Below, piece after piece: positions 12,550 through 23,499 of a stretch of 64,000 nt of DNA (position 1 is the first letter of the stretch; every line of letters starts with the position of its first letter). The notes under the pieces were generated by a model. That model did not search any database. It worked only from the letters and a program-made list of their open reading frames with translations, and was not told the origin of the DNA. The stretch spans positions 11,222,001-11,286,000 of the forward strand of contig CP158635.1 of the NCBI GenBank assembly GCA_050273025.1, given 5' to 3'. The stretch is from Cenococcum geophilum. Lineage: Eukaryota. A program made the position numbers and the translations under genes.

Positions 12550-13900
12550 ATTATTATTAGAATTATTATTACCTTATGCCTTTCTAATAGCACTAAAAAA
12601 CGGGTTACGCTAAGCTTTTAAATCTACGCTAGTCCCTTCTTCATTACTAGCTTATATCCGTAGTATCTACGCTAAAATAACCCTACTAACTTAATAGCGA
12701 ATTAAAACGTGTAATCTATACTCTACTAGTAATTACTATTTGTAATATATAAAGGTTTATATAGGCTTAAACTCTATTATAAGATTAACGCTTATTAGGA
12801 ACTGCGATTAAGACCTAACTAACTAAGCTAGTATATTTAGCCTCTAATAGGGGCATTACACTAAGCCTCCTTATTAAGGAGGTTAGTAGTAAAGTACCTC
12901 TACCCTTATTCCTTAGAGTTAGAGCTAGCGCTAATATATCCGTTTTTTAACCCGATTATATTAGTAAACTAAATCTTCTATACTAGATCCTTTATAAGAC
13001 TATAGTTCCTAGGGTTAGATAAGTAGGGGGCATACTATAATTCTGCTATAAGCATTAAAAAACACTTTAAGTAATAAGGGCATCCTTAAATCTCTCTCCT
13101 AGATCTAAGGAACTTCCTTAGTTATACTCTATAGAGCTTATAGCCGCTACTTAACCTCCTAAATATACGTAAAAGCCTTACTTTTATTTTTACCTATAGC
13201 CGGATATTACAAATAATATAAGGGGGCAGATAATATAAGTAGATTAGGTAATTACGCTTATATCTATCTTACTACGCCCTTTTAGCTAATATAGCCACTA
13301 TATAAAGTCCGTCTCCGTTAGGAGATTAAATACATAAATTTTTCTCTAGTATTTGTTAGCTAAGAGTAAGATTATAATACTAGCTCTACTAGAAGCTAGG
13401 CTATACTACTAAATAGGCTATTTACCCCTAGATTCCGCCTTATAAGTCTTAGGTCTATATAAAGGATATTTTTATATAACCTATACCTCCTTAGCTAAAT
13501 AGGGGGCTAGATTAAACTAAAGCCTAGCGGCTTCTCTAATTGTAATATAATCCTCTAATTATTAGGGAAAAGTAAGGTTTAGGTCTAGGTTAAGAAAGTA
13601 CTAAAGAGGGCAAGAGCTTCTAGCTTCTAGCGGCGCAGCTTTAACTAAGCTAAGTAAGTAGTATTAGCCTATAGTTTTACTAAGGACCTACTTCGGCATC
13701 CAGCTTCGCCTTTATTATAATACTATAATATAATACTACCTAACGCATCCCATAGCTTATAGTAGCTATAACCCGTATAATCTATTACTAGGCGGTTCTT
13801 AGTATAGCTATTTATAGCTATTCCGATAGGAATTAAGTCGCATATTATAGTTATATTTAAGATACTGCTAGAGGCAGAGGTAAAGAAAAGGATAAATAGA
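12550..13900 (-). pseudogene. RIP-degraded gene of unknown function, interrupted by elements A and B; continues at 1-283
   Basis: The rejoined insertion site reads GGC ATA AGG TAA TAA TAA TTC TAA TAA TAA TAG CGG TAG TAA TAG TGG on the minus strand, i.e. a RIPed poly-Gln tract. Intron-like GTAAAT...CTAAC...TAG at about 13347-13426. Confidence 0.45.
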
Positions 13901-15694
13901 AATGTTATTCCGGTATACTAATCGGTAAGAGATATAGGCAAAAGGAAAGGAAAAAGGAGAGAAGAAAGGAGAAATATAGTAGGACTAAAGTATATATTAA
14001 TACTAGAAGAGAGTATAAATATATCCTATAAAAAGGGCCAAAAAGTTATAGCGCTAGGTAATTATTAGTATAAAATATAATATATAGAGATTAGGGAAAA
14101 GGCAAAGCACCTATATAGACGCTAAGGGGATAGAAAATGCCTTACGGCTAATAGCTAGAGTTTAAGGTGGCATAGTAGCGGGAAAGAAAAGAGGAGATAG
14201 AGTATAAGGGCAAAAGTAGTAAGGGAGAAGGCCTTTTATAGTTAAGGTTAAGGTTAGGTCTTAGCTAAACTAGAATAGGAAAGCGAGCGTGCCTTGCCTA
14301 TAAAGGAACCTCTATTTCCTAATACATAGTCTCTATCTTATTTTTTACTAAGTAAAAGAATAATAGTTACTAGCTAGTTACGATAATTAGATATAAAGGA
14401 TTTAATAAAAGGTATTAGAAATAATAAAGGTTATTAAATTAAAGATGGGAATATTATACCTCTAATAGACAACTTAGAGATAGGAGATATCTTTAAGGAT
14501 AAAGATAAAAAGGAGGGGGATAGTGTTACGGACCTTATATTAGCAGTAGTATAACTACTAAAAAGAGATATTAATGGGTTAGTTAAGATAGTATAGGAGG
14601 TACTAAAACTGATTAAGCTATAGAATAAGGGGTAGCTAAGTTATATAGCTAGTTATATTATAAGTTTAAAACGTAGAAATATAGAAATATAGGAACGTAA
14701 GACGTACTAATATACTAACGTATTAATATACTTAGTACATTTCTTAGGCGCAGTATTATATATTTAAAGGACTATAGTCCCTACCTAGATAGTTCTTTTC
14801 TTTATAGTAAATCTTAGAATATAATTAGAGTTAATCTATTAGGTAACTACTCCACCAGTTATTATTATATTATTAACTTTCCCGCCACCTATATACCTAG
14901 CCTATTAATAAGTTTACCGTAGTTCCTACTACAAGGCTTTATTATATAGGCTACTTAACTTTTATAAGCTTTATAGTATATAGGAATTAAACAAGCAACT
15001 TAATTACAAATCTATGGAAATTAAGTAATATATATACATAAAATGGTGGCAAGAAGACTGCGCTAATAGTCGGCAATAGGTAATAGAAATAGGTAGTAAG
15101 ATATATAATATAAGATAATTAAGTTAAAAAATGGGTGGTGAGTTATAGAGTAATACGAGCCTCAGTAGTTGGTTACAACTTTTATTAAATAAAATTATAA
15201 GCTCACCTAAATATATAAGCGAGTATAGAAGCTAGTTTATTAGAAAGCTAAATAAAACTCCGCAAATTACTCCTACTTTATTATACCTTTTATTTATTTA
15301 TCTTAATAAATTTACTCTTCTATATTCTAGATATAACTATTTATTAGTAATAAGTTATTAATAGATAGAAGCTACTATACCCTTCTTATAGATATATTAG
15401 CAGGTTAGTAGTTAAGGGCTTTTACTACAGTTATAGCTAATAGCTTCTATATTGTAGAAGAGAGAGAGGATTTAGTATAGCTATATAAGTATATATATTA
15501 TTATTAACTTTTATAACCCAAGTAATAACTCTTTTATTTATATACTTATAAATAAAAACTTAATAAGAATAATCTTTTAAAAATAGCCGCCTAAATAATT
15601 AACCTTCCTAAACCTTTTATTAGTGGTTATCCTTAGTAAACTCCTAATAATTACAAGCCTCTGCACTATAAGCTCTGTATTTTATATAGAGTTG

Positions 15695-15950
15695 TATAAG
15701 GGTTATTTTAACCCTTACTCGGGTGTATCGCTCGAGGGCCGCTTAGGGGTAGCCAAGGCCTAGCCGAAGGCTAAGCTTGGCACCTCCTTATAAGCACCTC
15801 GGGCTTACAGCCCTTTCCCTCATCGGTTCGTCTCTATACGAGGCTATTGCCTACCCTCATTACCATATCGTCCTCTTCCATCGACTCTCCTTGTGACTCA
15901 TGCTCGGCTTGCCTGCTCCCTACCGTACGCCTGGGCAAATATGCCTCACA
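15695..15950. mobile_element. 256-bp solo-LTR-like insertion flanked by a 16-bp direct repeat
   Basis: Ends TATAAGG (RIPed TGTGAGG) and CCTCACA. Flanked by ATTTTATATAGAGTTG at 15679-15694 and 15951-15966. GC-richer than the flanks. Confidence 0.65.
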
Positions 15951-16765
15951 ATTTTATATAGAGTTGCTATATAATTGTTAGATTATATATATTAGATCCC
16001 GTAAGAGTCGCGTAAGTTCGCGAGTACTCTCTATCTTTTTAGCTGTATAGCGACGTGGAAAGGGATACGTTACAATAATTTAGCCACCACTGATACAGAG
16101 CTTACGGCCTTAAGAGAATGCGTAATTATTAAAGTGCTATATTGTTAAGTCTTAAGTATTATAATATTTATTAGCTTCCGGCTTAAGCAAGTGTTTAGAA
16201 GAGATTAATTAAATAACTGTCTGCACTATCGCAGTCACATTCTTATTTCTTGGCTTCTTGTTAGCCTTCTATTTGACTGACTGAGTTGCCTAAGGTGTAG
16301 TGGCAGGAGTAACTGAGGTAGGAGCGTCTATTTTAGATAAGAATCTTGGTGTAGAGCGTAAGGAGTTATTGCTATGTATATATATAGAGCTTGGGTGGCG
16401 ATTGAGCAGAGGCAATTGACGCGCTGGCGTTAATTTTGACGGCGGCGAGAGTATGTACGTGCACCTTCGTTTAATCGTGCAGCGGCTTGCGGGGCATGCG
16501 GGGGTGGGGGGTATTGGTGAACACATCATTTGTATGGCTTTTACTAGTAAAATAGGTGCCCGGGTAGTGCCTTGGCTACCCTTACCGCCTGCTGAGCCGC
16601 CGCTGATCAAAAGATTCGGGCAGTAAAGTTACTGCCAAGAGTTGCTGCCCGGATCCTGGCCGAAGTTCGATCACCCATGTAGATTCCTGATGATGATATG
16701 TGGGAAAGCTATATGAAAGGATTAATGATCAACGACCAGCTCGATATATAGTGCACTTCCCAATT

Positions 16766-19328
16766 TCATATCCTGGTTCTCGGTCTAACTTCCGGCTCCA
16801 CATAATGGATATGAGCTTCGTCTAGCCTGATCCCTACCAAGAGTGAACACAACGTCTTTATGTCTAGCCATTGCTTGTGACGAGGAGAGCTGATAAACTT
16901 ACCATTGTACATAGGAAAGAACCTAATTTGGTTATCAAAAATCATAACCAGGTCGAAGTGAATCTCGTAGTACCATCCACTGGAGCTCTTCTTCAGATAG
17001 CCGGACCTTTCCAATTTACCCCGAAAATCCTCAATCTGATTCAAATCTGTGGACACTTTCGCAAGTGGCTTGCAGTCTGCATTTCGCTATTAGTGAACTG
17101 CGAATGTCTTCTAGCCACAGAGACAACCTTACCGCCGTCCTTATATTCCGGCCCTTTGGCGCCATCCACTCCGTCCATGTATATGTACACGATATCTTCA
17201 AACTTCATGCTATGATACAAGCCCACAGTACGGTAATATGGAAAGGAAACTGTTTTGGTGTCGGTAAACTCCTCTCCCTATTTAAGGTCAATAGTAATAC
17301 GCATGGGCGGTCCGGAACAATGTGACTAACATTCTTAACGTACCATTCCATGCATTTGTTGCAAAACCAATCATCTTCATACTCACCCCACACCCTAGCC
17401 ATGTATTAAAGTTTTTGCAAATTTTACCTAACAGATGTATTCTTACCGGTGTTCGTCCCTAAAACGTTGTGGTTTGCCATCCAAGTCGCGCGTCCATTTC
17501 TTTCGGAACACCACTCCGTATGCGCAACGAATTTTTCTCTTTTTAATCGCCCCTCTCATTAAGGACCCTCTAATGATAGCGGACCAACTAAATTCTTGTA
17601 AGTCAGGAACAAGACGAACATCTCATGATATCGAGAGCGCTCACGCATCTGGTGGCTGAATAACATCGAAGGGTCGAAATTCTTCAGTGATTCGCTGCTT
17701 CAGGTAATGATTGGAGCCAAAACCACCCACAAGAAGGATGGATAGAGGTTTTTGATATCCAGCTTTGCGTACATTATCGATAAGCCGTGTGAGCAGGACC
17801 AGAATTTGTCCAACAATCTTGTCGAAGATTTGCTTCACCTCGTCATGTATAACGACCAGGCATCCATTTTCGAGCCCTATTTCCGGCCTGTTGGGTATTT
17901 GTTCGTCGACTGGTGGGATTTAGTTTGAAGTCTTCTATCACGTTCTGCATGCAGCTCACCGTATACTGAATGGTCTTCGCCATCCTCGCCAGTGAAGTCC
18001 AGTTTTATCTATGTGCCTTTTAGATGCATTCCTTGATCGCTACGTGCCACTTACGTCCTCTCGAAATTGTGCTAGAACCTAGAAGGATCAGACAAGCATT
18101 TGAGGGGTTTTAGAAGACTCTTACACCATGACGGGTATCTTCGGGTAATCGGCTTCCAACTTTTTTTTCTACGTGCTCCAGAAACTCTTTGTCAAGAAAC
18201 ACAGATCCGCAGAGGTCGCCATCGCTGATCGCTACCTCATCCAGCTCCAGTCTTGGCATTGGATTCGTGATTTTGTAGGCAGACAAATCCTTCAATCTCA
18301 TTAGTCTTTTCACCAATCCCATCATGAAAGGAGACATACCACTGTGCCCCCTCCGGCGTCGCAAACCACGAAGACGTCACCAGCGCGGAAGGATTGTGAC
18401 GGTTGCTAATCCTCGTAAGCTTTCATGCTAAATTAGATATTTTTCCAAGAAACCTACAGTGGTAATGGTGTATGCAGCGGCAGCTTCCGGTTCACGTATG
18501 AGCGAGATGCTCTCAGGGGAAAATCGGATACCGTAACCCGCGCGGTATGCACAGTCGAGTGTTTTCTCCCTGGCATTATCGGACCAAATTGCTGGAACAG
18601 TCAAGACGTACGTTTTAGGAGTTATGTTGATAAATGCTAACAATGTTTAGTTCCTGAATAATACAATCATGGTTTTGGACCGAGTTACTTTCACTCCACC
18701 CTGCGTTCTTCACCATGTGTTCTAAGGCCCTTTCCCTTAAGACTTTGAGGTACAATGAGACGCTGTCAGCGAGCCGATCCAGTTGTCGCACCTCCTTTAC
18801 ATTGGTGCATCGCCCAAGCTCTACAGCGAAGTCAACTTGATATGGATCGAGGAAGCTGTATTTGTCTCATTAGAATCGACAATCATATCAGATGGCGCGT
18901 TTTAAGCGGGGTTTCAGGACACACATACAGCTTAGAGAATGCGATTCTATCGTCGTCATGCTGGACGTCAAAACCGTATTTGAACTCGCCATTTTCAAAT
19001 TTGAATAAACTAATACGAAATCAGTGTGCCCCGAAGACGAAGCCAACAGAATAGAGTACGTTGGAATCTTTGGAGATGGCTCAAGACCTTGCCCAGGCCA
19101 GCCATCTTGGATGATATAGAGAGGCGCGTTGGTAGACTGAACCAAGTTAGGACAACGCGTAACATGATATGTCATGAATTAAGTACGTACACCGGCCTCG
19201 GTGTCGAATTTGCAATAGCCAATGGCCGAGAAAGTGGTGCCGAAATCGACGGCAATCTAGAGCATGAGCTATTAGTGGCGGATAGCGCGCGGTGGAACAT
19301 TGCAACCTACCACTATCTCTTCAGGCAT
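16766..19328 (-). CDS. Hsp70-like (HSPA12-type, actin-like ATPase fold) protein, about 15 introns, apparently intact
   Basis: Manual splice at GT-AG introns gives MPEEIV|IAVDFGTTFS, WPG...KIPT, YVLTVPAIWSD, IREPEAAA, FVVCDAGGGTV|DL, CGSVFLD, ILLVGGFGSNHYL, WSAIIRG, ending EVRPRTRI-stop. No RIP signature. Confidence 0.92.
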
Positions 19329-19916
19329 TCTCCAGACTTCAAGCTTCCCTTGCTAAAGTGTCAAATCGAGGAATTCAAAGGATAAATGAGGTTGAAGAAG
19401 TTATTAAGCTCCAGTCGTTGGGGGAGGGGAAGGGCTGGCTTGGCTTGGGCGCTAGGATCCAGAGCTGAATGCAATCTCCAATACTGGCTAGGCGTCTCAG
19501 CCACTAAGGCAGGTTCTAAGAATTTTCGCACCTTCGAAAAGGGACGGGCTAGAAAATGAAGAAAAAGTAACGAATATCATGCCATTTCACGAAAAGTGTC
19601 GTCCTTGACCGGATCCGGCGACTCTGACCTCTTAAAAGCCTCAGCGAGGCCCTGCATTGTTCCCATATTTTCGGTATACTATACTTGCAACAAAGCAATT
19701 TTTGTGGACCGGCCTGTCTCATGTATATATTTGCGAAGTTCTCGGTCATACCCTAATTGTTCGTCTACAGATCTAGCTTATCCCTTCGGCTAGTGGATTC
19801 AGTCCTACGGTTATCGATAAGAGCTAGCCAATAGAATCAACAGGATCAAGGCTCCGTGATAAGAAATATGAGGTCGTAAGAACTGTCAATTTCCATATAC
19901 AATTGCTATATATACT

Positions 19917-21800
19917 CAATCTTTAGAGTTAAATTGCTTAAGATAAGGCAGCCAATACTTATCTCTTCTATAGAACGGAATTTGGCAAATAGAGCAGCTA
20001 TATAGAGTCCTTAAGGCTTTATAAGGCCTCTTCTAACTCTTACTATTGAGAGATCTATAAGTTGTATTTAGTGAGAGCTCTAAGAGAGCCTTCTTACGTC
20101 CTCTATGCTGTGTCTAAGTCTTTCTACTAGCCTTAATATAAGTAGGGTAGAACTTTAAGCTTTATAAGCTTATAATTATTAACTAAGTACTATAAAATAT
20201 TACTTATAGAGTATCGCACTAGCCTCTTTTAATTATATGCCCGCGGGTAAGTTAACTGCTTAAAGAGAGCCTGCTAAAGGTCCTTCTAAAACTACTTATA
20301 CGTATTATAAGTATTATTAGAGAGGAGAGTAAAAAGCAGTTAATAAGAATAATGTTAAGAAGGAAGTGCTATAAAGGCTTCTAAGTCTTTATATAAGGCC
20401 GCTAAGTATTACAATAAGATTGTCTTTAGTTAGTAAGATTAACCCCTAGTATATAGTAATTATAGTCGTTTATAAAGGTTGGAATTAGTAGATTTTTAAT
20501 AATAGCGTTTCTAAATACCTTATGTGTTTATTTAGTAGAGCTAGTAGTAAGAGCAAAACGCCATTAGGAGGTAATAATAGATTCCTACCCTAATCGCAAT
20601 ATATAATATTAGTAGGAAAAGTAATTAAGGAGCAAAATAGATTTCTTACTAATATTAACTATAGTTATAAAAAGGACGACTTAGGCGTCTTTCTAAGCAA
20701 ATTCTATTACTTTTAAGCCCTTTAAGGTGGCTCCGCACAATATACCCTATGGTAGTTAAGCCGTATAGTAGAGCTTAAGGTAAGAGAGTCTCTTATTAAT
20801 CTACTCTATAGAAATCTTTCCCCTACCTCCTCTAGCGTTAATTAAGATATCGCCTTTAGAGTTACCTAATTCTTCGCGCTTTATTTTAGTTATCTAGATA
20901 GTATTTATACCTTTAATTCCAAGTTTACAAAGCCTAGTAAGAAATTTAACACTTATAAATAGATTATTAAGCTAAATAATATGGCGCCTAGGGGGTAAAG
21001 AGGCTTATCTATATCCGCATTACGCTAAATAAGTAAATTAAGTATAATTAACTACGTCTTTAAAAAGCCTTTATTAATAAATATAGTATTAAGATCTACT
21101 AGGCCCTTTCTATTGCCTTTAGCGTAGTATAACCAATTAAGTATATAGCCCTTATTAGCTAATACCCAATCTTAAAGCCATTAGACGTTATTTTAAATAG
21201 AATACCAATAATTTCTAAGGCGCGTCCTATAAAGTACTGTATTATCTTATTAACTATAAGGTAAGTTTTAGGGGTATAAAGCTTATAATAGCTTTATTAG
21301 GGGTATTTAGAAAAACTATTAACTCTATTAAGTTTATAGAGTAGAATCTTCCTTTAGCTAAGGATCTATATACTTAATATAGCGATTAAGTTGCTAGAAT
21401 CTTATAAGGCTTATATGGTTTTTAACTATATAGTCTACGCTAGCTAGTTTTAAATTACCCTAATAGTCCTTAATAGAAGATTCTATAGTAATACCTATAT
21501 AAATTAGTATACCAAAGTAGGCGTATAATTCTTGCCTATCTATTGGTTTCCATAGGTGCGCAACCTTAGCTTCCTCTACAGGATAAAGCTCCGCATATTT
21601 ATTTGTCCACTCCACAAGTTTATCTATTATCTTATTAGTAAAAAAGAGCTTAAATTTAGTGAAGGGGTCGTGTAGATTAAGATTGGGAGGAAGATTTGTC
21701 AAAATCATTAATATGCAGGGGTTCGAAGGAGGGCAACGGCCACAGCTGCAGGGGGGGTTCTTTTGCTTTCCGAGTCGGTGGAATTAAATATTGAGTCGGT
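19917..21800 (-). mobile_element. piggyBac-like (DDE_Tnp_1_7 type) transposase pseudogene
   Basis: ORF 21460-21708 reads PFTKFKLFFT..IIDKLVEWTNKYA..WKPIDRQELYAYFGILIYIG. Cys-rich C-terminus (CSICQIPF..) near 19950-20000. Frameshift near 21700 and RIP stops in the core. No TTAA-bounded TIRs found. Confidence 0.85.
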
Positions 21801-21958
21801 AGAACGAGGTCTATATCATCAGAAGTACGATTGGTAGGCGTGGTTGATTGATGTAATTAATTGAATATATGTGGATTATACGCTTACTTTTGATTCTGGT
21901 GTTTTGGTCACCAACCGAAGGGATACAAGCTGCTTAGCCGATCCAACCTTGTTCACAA

Positions 21959-22180
21959 TCACAATGCACAATTGGAATCCCCAGTATTACGAGTAACTAC
22001 CAAATGGCCGTCGATGTCGAGGTCAAGCAAGTAATCCTCAACAGGTTGGTTGGCGACAATATGCTCGTTAACTTCCAGGTACTTTCCAATCACTTTTAAC
22101 TCGATTTCGTTTCTTACTGCGGCGTCAAGACTGCGAGCCCCTCTGTCTGAGTCATAGTAATCTGTGTCCAGGTGCGCTGC
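21959..22180 (-). pseudogene. 3' fragment of a ClpA/ClpB-like AAA+ ATPase (D2-small-like domain)
   Basis: Un-RIPed minus-strand frame AAHLDTDYYDSDRGARSLDAAVRNEIELKVIGKYL...CAL-stop, resembling the YDxxxGARxLxxxI motif. No ATPase core seen upstream. Confidence 0.55.
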
Positions 22181-23499
22181 CTATTTAAGTTTAGCGGGGC
22201 CCCGACACCCGTTTTCGGGCATCGCTCTCTCGCTTAGCCGACCGCCGCTTTTAACGTCTATAAAATGCTCCATCGCCTTTACTGCCCTCTCTACCAGCTC
22301 TTTCTCCCTTGGATTTCACTTCTGCCCTAGCCTTACCCCTGCTATAAGGCCCCACCCTCATGGCCTGCGCCCGCCCCTTAATACTAAACTTCTAATTATA
22401 ACTAACACCGAGATGCACGCTCTCTCAGCTGACGACTCCTAAATATTTAACTATCGTTTCTACTCTTGCGGCCTATATGCTACCGTTATAATCTTGGTAT
22501 AAACTACCTTAAATAGATACACTAGATTTAGGGAGGCTGATATTACATCCCCTCTTTAAGCCTTATTTTCTCTTTACGCTCCTTCTATTTATTTTCCTCT
22601 CTAGTATTTTTTTTATAGGCTATCTAGGTCTTTGGTTCTAACTTTTACATAGTCCTACTTTATCTATATTTTATTATCTTAGCTCTATTAACTAATAGCC
22701 TGCCCTAGAGTTAAGACGCCTATTTAAACACTTAGACGTTACGCCAGAAATTACTTTAGCGCTAGCACTCTACCACGCCATTACTATAGTTAATTAAAAA
22801 ATATATCTTATCCTTACCGCTTTAATAATATAACTTAGGAGGCTGTAATTAAAATAAGGAGCTGCGGAGCCTAAACCGTAACTAGTTACTAAAATAACTG
22901 CTATAGTAGTAGGAGTGTAAGTAGGGCAGGAGGGCGTAGCAAAAGGACGGCAAGGGGTTTAGATAAAGGGTAAACCTAACTAAAGGACTATTAAATTAAT
23001 CTTCTAACTAATAAAGGAAATGCCTTATTATATAAAGCTATTATAGCGCTAGAATAGGTTAGCAGAACTTTACGGATATTTTGTATAACTGCTTGCCAAT
23101 TACTTTAAACTAGTTAATTCTGTCTCTATTATAGAGTCCCTGTCTTATAAGAAAGAGTAGGTAGTATATTTTAGCGAATAAATAGGATAAATTAAGGCTA
23201 ATAGGCTAGGATCTAGGGTATTCTATTAGCCTTTTATCCCCTAGGCATTAGTTTTGGCCCTCTTTAAAAAAACCTAAAATTAAAATCTATGGAGAATAAC
23301 CGGGAATACACGGTCTGGATTTAACGGCAATACTATAATATACTATTAATCTAGGATAACTATGTTATACTACTATGCTAAGGGCACTTAAAGCATCCAC
23401 TATTGTAACTAGTAAAGGAGGGAAAGGTTATATAGCCGAAAGGGGCGGAATAAGTTAATCCGGTACCGCTAATGGATATTAGTATTACTACTACTTATA

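Noticed and set aside
16290..16610. 106-aa minus-strand ORF downstream of the Hsp70-like gene
   Set aside because: Non-ATG start, low complexity and no recognisable motif.
16871..19385. Plus-strand ORFs at 16871, 17065, 17435, 18755 and 19026
   Set aside because: They are antisense shadows of the spliced Hsp70-like gene.
19876..21888. GTAAG...CTTAC as termini of the piggyBac-like element
   Set aside because: Only 5 bp of inverted match and no target-site duplication.
22450..22800. Fot1/pogo-like transposase C-terminus
   Set aside because: Only a weak GVLTLGQA resemblance; no DDE core or Zn knuckle found.
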